This document shows positions 19,926 through 30,263 of a stretch of DNA of 64,000 nt, one piece after another. Source of the stretch: an uncultured delta proteobacterium. Its GTDB lineage: Bacteria > Myxococcota > Myxococcia > SLRQ01. The stretch is taken from the NCBI GenBank assembly GCA_963727485.1, contig CAVSGM010000002.1, positions 608,001 to 672,000 on the forward strand, written 5' to 3'. The stretch's first letter is position 1. The number at the start of each line of letters is the position of its first letter. A program made the translations under genes and the position numbers. Below the pieces are notes generated by a model, which saw only the letters and a program-made list of their open reading frames with translations, was not told where the DNA came from and did not search any database.

Positions 19926-20050
19926 CGCCGTCTCCTCTCGCTGGGTGCCGGGCGGCGTCCGCCCGGGGGGACCTCTACCATGGGCCCGCGCCCCGGCCCC
20001 GTCACGCCGCCGCCTCCCGGCCGCCGCGGCGATGGTGGTACACCGCGTCC

Positions 20051-20536
20051 ATGGACTTCACCTACTGCCCCCGCTGCGCCAGGCCCCTCGAGCCGAAGGT
20101 CCTCGACGAGGGCCGCACCCGCATGGCCTGCCCCGACCCCGCCTGCGGCTACGTCCACTACGACAACCCGGTGCCCGTGGTCGCCGGCATCGTCCAGCGC
20201 GGCGACGAGGTGATCCTCATCCAGAACAAGGGCTGGCCGGCGTCCTGGTTCGGCCTGGTCACCGGCTTCCTCGAGCGCGACGAGTCGCCGGAGGAAGGGA
20301 TGCTCCGGGAGGTGCAGGAGGAGCTGGGCCTCGCCGGCACCATCGAGAGCTTCGTGGGCAACTACGCCTTCGCGCGGATGAACCAGGTGATCCTCGCCTA
20401 CCACGTGCTGGTCGAGGGCGAGCCCGTCCTCGGCGAGGAGCTCGCGGACCTCAAGATCGTGCCGGTCGCCGAGCTGAAGCCCTGGCCGTTTGGCACCGGC
20501 GACGCGGTGCGCGACTGGCTGGCGCGCCGGGGATGA
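20051..20536 (+). CDS. NUDIX hydrolase with zinc ribbon
   Basis: YCPRC..CPDPAC..YDNP; Nudix box GFLERDESPEEGMLREVQEELGL. Confidence 0.88.
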   Translation: MDFTYCPRCARPLEPKVLDEGRTRMACPDPACGYVHYDNPVPVVAGIVQRGDEVILIQNKGWPASWFGLVTGFLERDESPEEGMLREVQEELGLAGTIESFVGNYAFARMNQVILAYHVLVEGEPVLGEELADLKIVPVAELKPWPFGTGDAVRDWLARRG

Positions 20537-20882
20537 CCGGGCGGCGCCAGCGGAAGGCCAGGTTCTGCGCCACGCCGACGACCGGGACGAGGTGATCGGC
20601 GAAGGGCGCCACGGCCGCGCGGCAGGCGCAGGAGAGGTCGTCGCTGCAGGTCCGGGCGCCGCCCGCGACCTCGAGGGTCAGGGCGGCGGGTGTGGCCACG
20701 GCGGCGCAGGTGCCACAGGTCGTGGCGACCGTCACCGCCTTCACGGTGTCTCCCCCGCCCTCCGTCACCAGGCTCACCGAGGTGACGCCGGAGATCCAAG
20801 TGGCCTCGCCCGGGCCGCCGGCACAGCCAGCCACGGCGAGGGCGACCACGGCCACGACGACGGGTGCCGAGAAGCGCTGCAC
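20451..20882 (-). CDS. Possible small Cys-containing lipoprotein
   Basis: Lipobox-like VALAVAGC and paired Cys; the 3' end overlaps the Nudix gene. Confidence 0.3.
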   Translation of the reverse strand: MQRFSAPVVVAVVALAVAGCAGGPGEATWISGVTSVSLVTEGGGDTVKAVTVATTCGTCAAVATPAALTLEVAGGARTCSDDLSCACRAAVAPFADHLVPVVGVAQNLAFRWRRPVIPGAPASRAPRRRCQTARASARRPARS

Positions 20883-20973
20883 CTCGGTCCCCCAGGGAGA
20901 TGGCCCTACCATGACTCACCAATCAGCGGCCCACGACCGGCGACCTGGTGCCTACGGGAGTGGCCGCTTGAGT

Positions 20974-20992
20974 TTGATACGATTTGTATCAA
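20974..20992. promoter_or_regulatory. Palindromic operator TTGATAC-N5-GTATCAA
   Basis: Perfect 7-bp inverted repeat in an AT-rich patch just before the ATG at 21002. Confidence 0.6.
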
Positions 20993-21001
20993 TATCGCTA
21001 C

Positions 21002-21682
21002 ATGCTGAATCCTTCTCCGCTGGAGCGCCTCCTCTCGTCCCGTGCCCGCGCGGCCCTGGTGCGCTGGGTCGTCGAGGAGGGCACCCCCACCTCCGTCGGC
21101 GACCTCGGCCGGCAGCTGGGCTTCACCCCCGCGGGCCTGCGCCGGGAGGTCCCGGGCCTGGTGAGCCTCGGCGTGCTCCGGGTCGTTCGCCACGGCAACG
21201 CCGACGTCCTGGAGGCTGGGCCCGACGCGCGGCTGAACGAGGCCCTCGGCGCGCCCCTCGCGGTGGAGCCCGCCAAGCGCCCCAGGGCGGCTGAGAAGGT
21301 CCTGGTGGACGCAGTCGCCCTGGCCCGGGAGGACGCCACCGTCCTCCGCACCCTGCCGGTGGTCTTCGAACGGCTCGGATCCCACCTCGACTGGACGCGT
21401 CTGCGGAACGCCGCCCGGGCGTCTGGCGTCGGCGCCGAGCTGGGAATGGTGGCCTCGCTCACCGCCGGGCTCACCGGTCGGCCCGAGCTCGCGGCAGAGG
21501 TGGACGAGCTGCAGGACCGACGTCGCACCCGGGTCCGGCTCTTCCACTCGGGGCGTCACTCCCGCCGCGAGCGGACGCTGGCCGAGCGGCGAACCCCGGA
21601 GGCCGTGCGCCGCTGGGGCTTCCTGATGAACATGGACGAGGACGCCTTTCGCTCGATCCTGGAACGCCGTGCCCGGCCATGA
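21002..21682 (+). CDS. Winged-HTH domain protein (regulator/antitoxin-like)
   Basis: N-terminus LLSSRARAALV..SVGDLGRQLG..LRREV..LVSLGVLRVVRHGN resembles an ArsR-type wHTH; C-terminal domain unknown. Confidence 0.55.
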   Translation: MLNPSPLERLLSSRARAALVRWVVEEGTPTSVGDLGRQLGFTPAGLRREVPGLVSLGVLRVVRHGNADVLEAGPDARLNEALGAPLAVEPAKRPRAAEKVLVDAVALAREDATVLRTLPVVFERLGSHLDWTRLRNAARASGVGAELGMVASLTAGLTGRPELAAEVDELQDRRRTRVRLFHSGRHSRRERTLAERRTPEAVRRWGFLMNMDEDAFRSILERRARP

Positions 21683-21704
21683 CGCCGCGAGCGTGACCGC
21701 GTTC

Positions 21705-22112
21705 CTAGGACTCCTGGGGCGGTAGACGCCAGTCCTCGACATCCACCCAGCGCCCGGCAGCCTCGAACCGATGGTCGGAGGTTGCCACGACAAGCCCATG
21801 GGTCGCGGCCGTTGCGGCGATGAGGAGATCCACCTCTCCCATCTTGTCTCCGTCCCGAGCGAGAGTCGCCCACATCTCCATCGCCTTTCCCCACACCGAC
21901 CGGCCGTTCTGCAGGTCCAACGGTAGCACCTGACTTTCCCGAGCCAGCTGGTCAAAGGCGAGGGCCTCACGGCGCCTACCCTTCCAGAGGAGGCCTCGCA
22001 TTACTTCATGGTAGGTGAGCACGCTGAAGGTCAGCTGACCGTGCTCAGCTACGTAGCGCTGGACGTGGTCCCGTACGTCGGGAGGCGTCGAGAGCCGACA
22101 CGGTCTCGTCAT
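21705..22112 (-). CDS. vapC: PIN-domain VapC-like toxin (N-terminus appears disrupted)
   Basis: FSVLTYHEVMRGL, DLLIAATAATHGLVVATSDHRF, VEDW motifs; the first LLDT strand is missing in frame. Confidence 0.7.
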   Translation of the reverse strand: MTRPCRLSTPPDVRDHVQRYVAEHGQLTFSVLTYHEVMRGLLWKGRRREALAFDQLARESQVLPLDLQNGRSVWGKAMEMWATLARDGDKMGEVDLLIAATAATHGLVVATSDHRFEAAGRWVDVEDWRLPPQES

Positions 22113-22856
22113 CCATCGCCGTCGCGATCGCCTTGGCCAGCTCATCAAAGCGCCTCGCCCGGTCCTCAACGGACGCGTTCCGGAACGCCGACACCACCAC
22201 ACCCGATCGCGCCAGGGAATCCACGACCTCTGTAGCCCGAACATACGCGCGGCGCGCAAGGAGCCCCAGAAGCTGGTCGCCGATCTGCACCTCGCCTTCG
22301 AGGGCGGAGTTCGCAGCCAGGATATCGAAGGTCGCGAGGAGATAGGCTCGCACCTCCGGATCTTCTGCCCATGCTCCATGGCCCTCGGCGCTCACCCTGG
22401 CTGCAGCTTCGTGTAGTCCCTCCGGCTGGATGGCGAGGAGCTGCCCAGCTCAATACTTGCGTCTACGAAGACACTTGCCGCCCACTCCAGGGCAAGCCAT
22501 GCATCCGGTTCGAGCCTGCTCTCTGCAGCCTTTCGGAGCTTGCTCATCTCGGCGGGGAGGCGACGGACCATCTCCGTCCCGAGTAGCAGCATCTCCCCGT
22601 CCAGAGCGCCGACGAGATCGGTCAGCAGGCCAGTGGTCAGTTCAGAGAGCTTGGTCGCCAACTCAATCTCAATCGCGTCCAGCTCCTCCGCTCCCGCGAC
22701 TTCCGCGAGAGGAGCCAGAAGAATCCGAACTGAATCGGGTGTCCACCGGAGACGAGCCCGAACCGCTGGGGGCAACTCGTCCAGAAACGCCTGGACCGAG
22801 GCGACTGACAGCACGGTGGGCGGTGGAACCCCTTGTCCGTTGGCCAGCGGGAACAC
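22045..22856 (-). CDS. Hypothetical helical protein upstream of the PIN toxin (putative antitoxin; two ORFs joined by a probable G-run frameshift near 22393)
   Basis: ORFs 22392-22856 and 22045-22395 overlap (GTGA) and fuse if one G is added; lower-GC islet. Confidence 0.45.
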
Positions 22857-22953
22857 GACAAGCCTCCAGCCAGAGGAATCGGCTCTCTTCCAACCTAGGA
22901 CCGGGCCGTGGACTTGTGCAAGATGGTGCAGCCCCGGGACAAGGAGTCCTGAA

Positions 22954-25176
22954 TCACCGGGCGTCGACCGGCGTGACCGCCACCGGCACCCCGCTGAGCA
23001 CCGCGTTCCCCGAGAGCGGGTCGAGCTCGAGGTCGTCGGTGAGGCGGTTGGCGCTCACCCCCGGGCGCTCGGCGGCGACGCGGAGGCGGGCGCCGGGCAG
23101 ATCGTGGCCGAAGCCGTGGGGCAGGCTCACGGCGCCCGGACGCAGGGCGTCGGTGATCTCCACCGTCGCCACCACCTCGCCCACCCGGCTCGTCACCTTC
23201 GCCGCGCCGCCGTCCACCAGGCCGAGGCGCGCGGCGTCGTCGGGGTGGACCTGGAGCGTGCACCGAGCCTTGCCGGCGGAGAGCTTCGGGAGGTTGTGCA
23301 TCCAGGAGTTGTTGGAGCGCAGGTGGCGGCGGCCGAGGAGCACCAGGCCGTCCGCCGGGGCGTCGAGGGACGCGCGGAGCCGCGCGAGGTCGGCGACGAG
23401 GGGCGCGGCGGCGAGCTCGATCTTCGCGGACGGCGTGCGGAGGATCCCCGGGAGCCGCGGCAGCAGCGGCCCGTGGTCGATGCCGTGGGTCGCCTCGGCG
23501 AGGCGCGCCAGGGTCAGGCCGCCTGGGTCGGCGCCGAAGCGGTCGCCGTTCGGGCCGGTGCGCAGGAGGAGATCGAGGAGGCGCTCGGCGGGGGTGTCGC
23601 CTTCGAGCTGCCCGCGCACCTCGGCGGGGTCCCGGCCGGCGAGCGCCCCACCCTCCTTGGTGAGCTTGCCCAGGAGGGTCTTCAGCACCAGCCCCTCGAC
23701 CATCGACGGGTCGGCGTCGGCCGCGCCCCCGGCGGCGGCGGCCAGGCGCATGAGGATCTCGTCCTCACCGGGGCCCTCCCGCTCGAAGACCGGCGGCGAG
23801 TAGTGCGCCACCCGGCGGACCGAGAAGGCGTAGAAGGCCACGTCGTAGTGGGGCGACGCCAGGGGCGAGGGCGGCGGGAGGATCACGTGGGCGTGGCGGG
23901 TGGTCTCGTTGAGGTAGGGGTCCACCGAGACCATGAGCTCGAGGCCGGCGAGCGCCCGGTCGAGGCGGTCGCCGTTGGGCGCCGAGAGCACCGGGTTGCC
24001 GGCGACGGTCACCAGCGCCCGCACCTGGCCCTCGCCCTCCGTCTCAATCTCGTCGGCGAGGGTCGCCGCGGGGAGCTCGCCCTTGACCTCGGGGAGCCCC
24101 CGGACCCGGCTGGCGTAGCGGCCGAGCTTGAAGCCCCGGCCTCCGGGCCCGCCGGCGCGCACCGGCTCGTGGTCGGGCCAGGGGAACATCGCTCCGCCGG
24201 CGCGATCGAGGTTCCCGGTGAGGACGTTGACCACGTCGACGAGCCAGGCCGAGAGGGTCCCGAAGGGCACGGTGTGGGTTCCGATGCGGCCGTAGACCGC
24301 GGCGGCCTCGGCGGAGGCGAGGTCCCGGGCGAGGCCCCGGACCACCTCGGGCGGGAGGCCGGTGGCCTGCGCCGTCGCTTCAGGGGTGAAGGGTGCCAGG
24401 GCCTCTCGCAGCGCCTCGAGGCCGTCGACCCGGCCCTCGAGGTGCCGGAGGCGCACGCGGTCCTCGTCGAAGAGCACCCGGGCCACCGCGGCCAACAGCG
24501 CCGCGTCGCCCCCGGGCCTTATCGCCAGGTGGGTGTCGGCGAGCTCGGCGGTCCGGGTGCGCACCGGGTCCACCACCACCAGGCGCCCGCCCCGGTCCTT
24601 CAGGGCCTTCAGGCGCCCGGGCCAGTCCGGGGCCGTCGCCAGGCTCCCGTTGGACGCCACCGGGTTGGCGCCGAGGATCACCAGCATCGCGGTCCGGTCC
24701 AGGTCGGGCACCGGGATGAGCCCGGCGCCCCCGAAGAGCAGCCCCGAGCTGACGTGCTTGGGCATCTGGTCGAGGGTGCTGGCGGTGAACAGGTTCCGGG
24801 TGCGCAGGGCCTCGAGGAGCGGGCGGACGTAGAGGGCGCCGCCGAGGTTGTGGACGTTGGGGTTGCCCAGGTACACCGCGACGGAGTCGCGCCCGTGGTC
24901 GGCCTGGATCGCCGGGAGCCGGCGCGCCACCTCGGCGAAGGCGGCGTCCCAGGTGACCTCGCGCCAGTCGTCGCCGGCCCGGATCATCGGCGTCCGGAGC
25001 CGGTCCGGGTCGTGGTGGAGCTCGGCGAGCGCCGCGCCCTTGGGGCAGACGAAGCCGTGGCTGAACACGTCGTCGGCGTCGCCGCGGACCCGGGTGACCC
25101 GGTCGCCGTCGACTTCGAGCTCGAGGCCACAGGTGGCCTCGCAGAGGGGGCAGGTCCGATAGGCGGTGCGGGTCAT
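22954..25176 (-). CDS. Molybdopterin-dependent oxidoreductase (DMSO reductase/MopB superfamily)
   Basis: TCPLCEATCG..CPKG [4Fe-4S] motif, PDRLRTP, GANP, VVVDP, TGNLDRAGG, RRHLRSNNSWMHN, HPDDA. Confidence 0.88.
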   Translation of the reverse strand: MTRTAYRTCPLCEATCGLELEVDGDRVTRVRGDADDVFSHGFVCPKGAALAELHHDPDRLRTPMIRAGDDWREVTWDAAFAEVARRLPAIQADHGRDSVAVYLGNPNVHNLGGALYVRPLLEALRTRNLFTASTLDQMPKHVSSGLLFGGAGLIPVPDLDRTAMLVILGANPVASNGSLATAPDWPGRLKALKDRGGRLVVVDPVRTRTAELADTHLAIRPGGDAALLAAVARVLFDEDRVRLRHLEGRVDGLEALREALAPFTPEATAQATGLPPEVVRGLARDLASAEAAAVYGRIGTHTVPFGTLSAWLVDVVNVLTGNLDRAGGAMFPWPDHEPVRAGGPGGRGFKLGRYASRVRGLPEVKGELPAATLADEIETEGEGQVRALVTVAGNPVLSAPNGDRLDRALAGLELMVSVDPYLNETTRHAHVILPPPSPLASPHYDVAFYAFSVRRVAHYSPPVFEREGPGEDEILMRLAAAAGGAADADPSMVEGLVLKTLLGKLTKEGGALAGRDPAEVRGQLEGDTPAERLLDLLLRTGPNGDRFGADPGGLTLARLAEATHGIDHGPLLPRLPGILRTPSAKIELAAAPLVADLARLRASLDAPADGLVLLGRRHLRSNNSWMHNLPKLSAGKARCTLQVHPDDAARLGLVDGGAAKVTSRVGEVVATVEITDALRPGAVSLPHGFGHDLPGARLRVAAERPGVSANRLTDDLELDPLSGNAVLSGVPVAVTPVDAR

Positions 25177-25223
25177 GGCGACCAAGAATACGCCATGGTA
25201 TCCCCGGCACCACCGGAGGCCCC

Positions 25224-26182
25224 ATGACCGCACCCGAGATCCCCACTCCGTCGACGTCCACCCCAACGGCCTGCACGTCATCGACACCGGCTTCGTGGCG
25301 CCCCACATGGCCGCCGCCTACCTGCTGGTGGAGCAGGGCCGGGGCGCCTTCATCGAGACCGGCACCGCCCGCAGCGTCCCGCGCCTGCTCAAGGCCCTGG
25401 CCGACGCGGGCCTCGATCCGGGCGACGTGGACCTCGTCATCGTCACCCACGTCCACCTCGACCACGCCGGCGGCGCCGGGGCCCTGATGCAGCACCTCCC
25501 CAACGCCCGCTTCGTGGTCCACCCCCGGGGCGCCCGGCACATGATCGACCCGGCCAAGCTCGTCGCCGGCGCGGTGGCCGTCTACGGCGAGGCCACCTTC
25601 AAGCGCAACTACGACACCGTGGTCCCCATCCCCGCCGAGCGGGTGGTCGAGGCCCCGGACGGCCACGAGGTGCAGCTCGCCGGCCGCACCCTGCGCTTCC
25701 TCGACACCCCGGGCCACGCCTACCACCACTTCTGCGTCCACGACCCGGCGGCCCGCGCGGTGTTCACCGGCGACACCTTCGGGCTGTCCTACCGCCAGCT
25801 CGACACCGACGAGGGACCCTTCATCTTCCCCACGACGACCCCGGTGCACTTCGACCCCGAGGCCATGCACCGGAGCGTCGACCGCCTGGCGGCCCTGGAA
25901 CCGGCGCAGGTGAACCTCACCCACTACGGGCCCGTGCCCTTCGAGGCCCGCCTGGTCGCCGACCTCCACCATGGCGTCGACACCTTCGTGGAGATCGCCC
26001 GGGCCCACGCCGGCGAGGCCGACCGGCACGCCGCCATCCAGGAGGCGGTGACCGCCTACCTGGTGGCGCGGCTGCGGGCCCACGGGTCGGAGATCCCCGA
26101 GGCCGAGCTCCGGGCGTTCCTGGAGATGGACGCCGACCTCAACACCCAGGGCCTGGAGGTGTGGCTCCAGAAGCATGGCTGA
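25224..26182 (+). CDS. MBL-fold metallo-hydrolase (C-run frameshift near 25243)
   Basis: THVHLDHAGG, TPGHAYHH, FTGD motifs; RBS plus ATG at 25224 is in frame if one C is added. Confidence 0.85.
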
Positions 26183-26191
26183 CATCCGTCA

Positions 26192-26223
26192 TTGACAGAT
26201 GTCACTGACGATCGTAAGTCAGT
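26192..26223 (+). promoter_or_regulatory. Sigma70-like promoter overlapped by TetR-type operators
   Basis: TTGACA at 26192; palindromes TGACA-GA-TGTCA (26193-26204) and ACTGAC-N8-GTCAGT (26204-26223). Confidence 0.65.
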
Positions 26224-26227
26224 CTCC

Positions 26228-26830
26228 GTGACCCCGACCCACCGCCCCGGAAACCGCGACCGCCAGCGCGCCGAGACCCGCCAGCGGGTCTACGACGCCG
26301 CCCTGGCGGTCTTCCGCCGGGACGGCGTCGGCCCCGCCCGCATCGACGACATCGCCTCCGCCGCGAGCGTCAGCCGGGGGACGTTCTACTTCCACTTCCC
26401 CACCAAGGACGACGTCCTCCTCGAGCGCTACCGCCAGAGCGAGGTGGGCATCGAGGACGACCTCGCCCACCTGGCGCCGGACGCGGCCCTCGGCGAGGTC
26501 CTCGACCACACCGCCGTGGCCCTGGCCGCCGCCTGGCAGGACGACGCGGCGCTCCTCCCGGACGTGGCCACCGTCGCCCTGCGGGTCCTCGCGGGCTCCG
26601 TCGTCGACCGGGAGGCCGAGCCCATCCGGGCCCTGCTCTCGCCCTACTTCCGCGCCGCCGCCGAGCGCGGCGAGGTCCGGGGGAGCCTGCCCCCGGAGAT
26701 CCTCGCGGACTTCTACCTCTCCAACGCCCTCGCCGCCATGCTCGCCTGGTGCGCGGCGCGGACACCGTCCCTGGAGGACACCCTCCGGGGCCTCAACCAG
26801 CTCTTCCTGCGGGGCGTCCTCGCCGGCTGA
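26228..26830 (+). CDS. TetR/AcrR family transcriptional regulator
   Basis: TRQRVYDAALAVF..G...IDDIASAASVSRGTFYFHFPTKDD. Confidence 0.9.
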   Translation: MTPTHRPGNRDRQRAETRQRVYDAALAVFRRDGVGPARIDDIASAASVSRGTFYFHFPTKDDVLLERYRQSEVGIEDDLAHLAPDAALGEVLDHTAVALAAAWQDDAALLPDVATVALRVLAGSVVDREAEPIRALLSPYFRAAAERGEVRGSLPPEILADFYLSNALAAMLAWCAARTPSLEDTLRGLNQLFLRGVLAG

Positions 26831-26902
26831 CGGCCGCCGTCCCGCGCCGGCGGCACGGTGCCGCCGGGAGGGGAGACGTGTGTCACCACGGGGGACCTCG
26901 CC

Positions 26903-27670
26903 TTGCTGCACCTGATCCTGCCCATCGTCGTCGCCCTCGCCGCGGCGCCCGCCTCGCCCCGGTCGGACGCCGCCGGCGCCCCGGGGACCACCGCCCCGGC
27001 CCGGCCCCTGGCAGACCGCCTCGACACCCTCTGGGCCCACCGGGACGCCCCGAAGGTCCCGGGCGACCTGAAGCGCCTGGCCGCCGACGCCGGCGACGCC
27101 CCACCCTTCGAGGTCCTCTGGCGCCTGGCCCGGATGCACTGCTGGCTCGCCGATGCCCGGGACGCCAAGGGGCAGGTCGAGGCCGACGCCCTGGCCTGCT
27201 GGCACCTCGGGGACCGGGCTGCGAAGGCCGAGCCCACGCGCCCCGAGGGCCACTACTGGGCCGCGGTGGGCGTGGGCCTCGTGGCCCGGGTGCGAGGCAT
27301 CGCCGCCGCCTTCTTCTCGGGCCTCGGCGCCGGCTTTCAGCAGCGCCTGGACGCCGCCCTGCGCCTCGATCCCACCTACGACGGCTGCGGGCCGCTGCTC
27401 GCCAAGGCCCAGCTCTACCGGCAGGCCCCCTGGCCGGTCCACGACCTGGGCCGGGCCGAGCGCCTCGTCAGAAGCGCCCTGGAGCAGTGCCCGGACAGCC
27501 TCCGGGCCCGGCTCTACCTCGCCGAGATCGACCTCGACCGGGGCCGAAGCGCCATCGGCCGCGCCGCCCTCGAGGCCCTGGTCGACGCCACCGCGCCCTC
27601 GGATCCTCCGGAGGCCCGGCGCGTCGCCCACCTGGCCCGGGCCCACCTCCAGACCCTCTCCGACCGGTAG
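26903..27670 (+). CDS. Secreted TPR-like helical-repeat protein
   Basis: Signal peptide; helical repeats (EVLWRLAR, PEGHYW, ALRLDP, ARLYLAE); TTG start uncertain. Confidence 0.6.
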   Translation: MLHLILPIVVALAAAPASPRSDAAGAPGTTAPARPLADRLDTLWAHRDAPKVPGDLKRLAADAGDAPPFEVLWRLARMHCWLADARDAKGQVEADALACWHLGDRAAKAEPTRPEGHYWAAVGVGLVARVRGIAAAFFSGLGAGFQQRLDAALRLDPTYDGCGPLLAKAQLYRQAPWPVHDLGRAERLVRSALEQCPDSLRARLYLAEIDLDRGRSAIGRAALEALVDATAPSDPPEARRVAHLARAHLQTLSDR

Positions 27671-27683
27671 ACGGAGGCGGACG

Positions 27684-28757
27684 ATGGCGCGCGCGGGCCT
27701 CGCGGTGGTCACCGGCGCCGGGGGACACCTCGGCGGTGCGCTGGTCCGAGCGCTCTCGGCCCGGGGGCGCCCGGTGCGGGCGGTGGACCTCCGGCCCGGG
27801 CCGGCCCTCGCCGGGCTCGCTGTGCCCTTCGTCGCCGCCGACGTCGGCGACCCCGCGGCCCTGCGCCAGGCCTTCGCCGGGGCCACCACCGTCTTCCACC
27901 TCGCCGCCCGGATCTCCATCGTCGGCGACCCCGACGGGCGGGTGTGGGCGACCAACGTGGACGGGGTGCGCCACGCCGCCCGCGCGGCCCTCGACGCCGG
28001 GGTGCGGCGCTTCGTCCACGCCAGCTCGGTCCACGCCTGCGACCTGGAGCACGCCGGCGGCGTCGTGGACGAGACCACGCCCCCGGCGACGGCCCCAAGG
28101 CTCCCGGTCTACGACCGCTCCAAGGCCGCCGGCGAGGCGGCCCTCCTCGAGGTCGTCGCCGAGGGCCTCGACGCGGTGATCCTCCGCCCCACGGCGATCC
28201 TCGGGCCCCTGGACTTCGGGCCGTCCCGGATGGGGCGCTTCTTCGCCACCGTCGCCGCCGGGCGGATGCCCGTGTGCCTCGGCGGAGCCTTCGACTGGGT
28301 GGACGTCCGGGACGTGGCCGAGGCCTTCGTCGCCGCCGAGGCGCGGGGGCGACGCGGCGAGCGCTACCTCGTCTCCGGGCACCACTGCTCCGTCGCCGGC
28401 CTCGCGGCCCTCGCGGCAGAGGCGGCCGGCGTGGCCCCGCCGCGGGTGGTGGTGCCCCTCGGCCTCGCCAGCCTCGGGGCGCGCCGCGGCCACCACCTGG
28501 ACCCGGCTTTGCTCTTCACCGCCGAGGCCCTCCACGCCCTGCGCTACGGCCGGGTGGTCGACGGGCGCAAGGCCGCCCGGGAGCTCGGCCACGACCCCAG
28601 GCCCCTCGACCGCACGGTCGCCGACGCCGTCGCCTGGGTCAGCGGCCTCCGCGGCCTCACCACTCCCCCTGGCTCGGCATCGACTTCCAGGGGTCCTTCG
28701 GGGGCAGGGCCTCGCCCTTCTGCAGCAGCTCCACCGAGTGGCCGTCCGGGCTCTTGA
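27684..28757 (+). CDS. NAD-dependent epimerase/dehydratase (HpnA/dihydroflavonol reductase-like)
   Basis: [32 protein letters not shown]; 3' end overlaps gloA by ~100 nt. Confidence 0.85.
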   Translation: MARAGLAVVTGAGGHLGGALVRALSARGRPVRAVDLRPGPALAGLAVPFVAADVGDPAALRQAFAGATTVFHLAARISIVGDPDGRVWATNVDGVRHAARAALDAGVRRFVHASSVHACDLEHAGGVVDETTPPATAPRLPVYDRSKAAGEAALLEVVAEGLDAVILRPTAILGPLDFGPSRMGRFFATVAAGRMPVCLGGAFDWVDVRDVAEAFVAAEARGRRGERYLVSGHHCSVAGLAALAAEAAGVAPPRVVVPLGLASLGARRGHHLDPALLFTAEALHALRYGRVVDGRKAARELGHDPRPLDRTVADAVAWVSGLRGLTTPPGSASTSRGPSGAGPRPSAAAPPSGRPGS

Positions 28758-29082
28758 TGAAGGCCATGCGCCCGTCCCGCGGGGGCCGGAGGATGGCGAC
28801 CCCGGCGTCCCGGAGCTGCACGCAGGTGGCGTAGATGTCGTCCACCTCGTAGGCCAGGTGCCCGAAGAAGCGCCCGGTCGGGTACGGCTCGGTCTGATCC
28901 CAGTTCCAGGTGAGCTCCACCTGCGCCGGGTCCTCCGGGTCGCCGGTGGAGAGGAAGACCAGGCTGTAGCGCCCCTGCTCGCTGTCCCGGCGGCGCACCA
29001 CCGCGAGCCCCAGCTTGTTCACGAAGAAGTCGAGGGCCGCTTCCAGGTCCCGGACGCGGAGCATGGTGTGGAGGTATCGCAT
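28657..29082 (-). CDS. gloA: Lactoylglutathione lyase (glyoxalase I)
   Basis: [52 protein letters not shown]. Confidence 0.9.
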   Translation of the reverse strand: MRYLHTMLRVRDLEAALDFFVNKLGLAVVRRRDSEQGRYSLVFLSTGDPEDPAQVELTWNWDQTEPYPTGRFFGHLAYEVDDIYATCVQLRDAGVAILRPPRDGRMAFIKSPDGHSVELLQKGEALPPKDPWKSMPSQGEW

Positions 29083-29120
29083 GGCCGAATCCTAGTCGTC
29101 CTGGCGCCAGGGGGAACCCG

Positions 29121-30263
29121 TCAGGGGGCGAAGAGGGCCGAGGCGACGCCGGCGAGGCCCGAGAGGTCGTGGACGTCCCGGGGGCCCTCGGGGACCACGG
29201 TGAGGGTCGCGGCCGGGAGGCGCTCGGCGAGGACCTCGACCGCCGCCGCCTCCCGGCAGGCCCCGGCCCAGGCGGCGCCGTGGGTGGCCACCAGGTGGTC
29301 GACCACCGGGGCCGGGGCCGTGGGCGCCGCTCCCCGCACCACCGCCCGCACCGCCTCGGCCCCGGGCGTCCGGACCCCGGGGCCGTCGACCCCGGGGAGC
29401 GGGTGGGCCCGGTTCACCACCACCGCCGCCGGGGGCATCCGCAGGGCCTCGAGGGTCCCGGCGAGGTCCCCGGGCGACGCGGCCGCCGGGGTGTCCGGGG
29501 CGGTGACCAGGACGAAGGCCGTGCCCGGCCCCCGGAGGATCCGATCCGCATCCCGGGCCCGTTCACCGAGGCCGGCCCCCAGGGCCTCGAGCTCCCCGAA
29601 GAGCTCCGCCACCGCCGCCAGGGCCTCGACGCCGGTGGCCCGCTCCAGGCGGTCCATGACGTAGCGCCAGGCGCGCCCCAGGTGCCGCGCCCCGGGGACC
29701 TTCCGGTCCCGGAGGGTGGCGAGGCGCCGGACCATCCCGCTCCCGAGGAAGGCCTCGAGGCGCGCCGGGGCCTCGAGGAGATCCAGGGCCTGCACCGCCG
29801 GCGGGGTGTCGAGGACCAGGAGGTCCTGCCCCGGCTCGGCGGCGGCGCGGCAGAGGGCCTCGAGGGCCGCGTACTCGCTGGCCCCGGCGAAGCCCTCGGA
29901 GAGGGACTGGTAGAAGGCGTTCCCGAGGATGGCGTCCCGGGCGGCGTCGGTGGGGGCGAGGCGGGCGACCAGGTCGTCCCAGGTCTGGTGCACGTCGAGC
30001 ATCCCCGCGGACAGGGACCCCTCGAGGGCGAGGCCCGCGGCGGCGAGGCGCGCCGGGTCCACCGGCTCGCCCCCGGCGCGGAGGGTCTCGAGGCCCAGGG
30101 CCTGGGCGAGGCGCCTGGCCGGGTCCACGGTGAGCACCAGGACCCTGCGCCCCTGGAGGGCGGCCCCGAGGCCGAGGGCCGCGGCGACGGTGGTCTTGCC
30201 CACGCCCCCGTGGCCCACGCACACCAGGACCTGTCGCCCGGCGACCAGCTCGGCGAGGCTCAT
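29121..30263 (-). CDS. ArsA/Get3-like ATPase (second of pair)
   Basis: VCVGHGGVGKTT, LTVDPARRLAQALG, LVLDTPP, VVVNR. Confidence 0.85.
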   Translation of the reverse strand: MSLAELVAGRQVLVCVGHGGVGKTTVAAALGLGAALQGRRVLVLTVDPARRLAQALGLETLRAGGEPVDPARLAAAGLALEGSLSAGMLDVHQTWDDLVARLAPTDAARDAILGNAFYQSLSEGFAGASEYAALEALCRAAAEPGQDLLVLDTPPAVQALDLLEAPARLEAFLGSGMVRRLATLRDRKVPGARHLGRAWRYVMDRLERATGVEALAAVAELFGELEALGAGLGERARDADRILRGPGTAFVLVTAPDTPAAASPGDLAGTLEALRMPPAAVVVNRAHPLPGVDGPGVRTPGAEAVRAVVRGAAPTAPAPVVDHLVATHGAAWAGACREAAAVEVLAERLPAATLTVVPEGPRDVHDLSGLAGVASALFAP

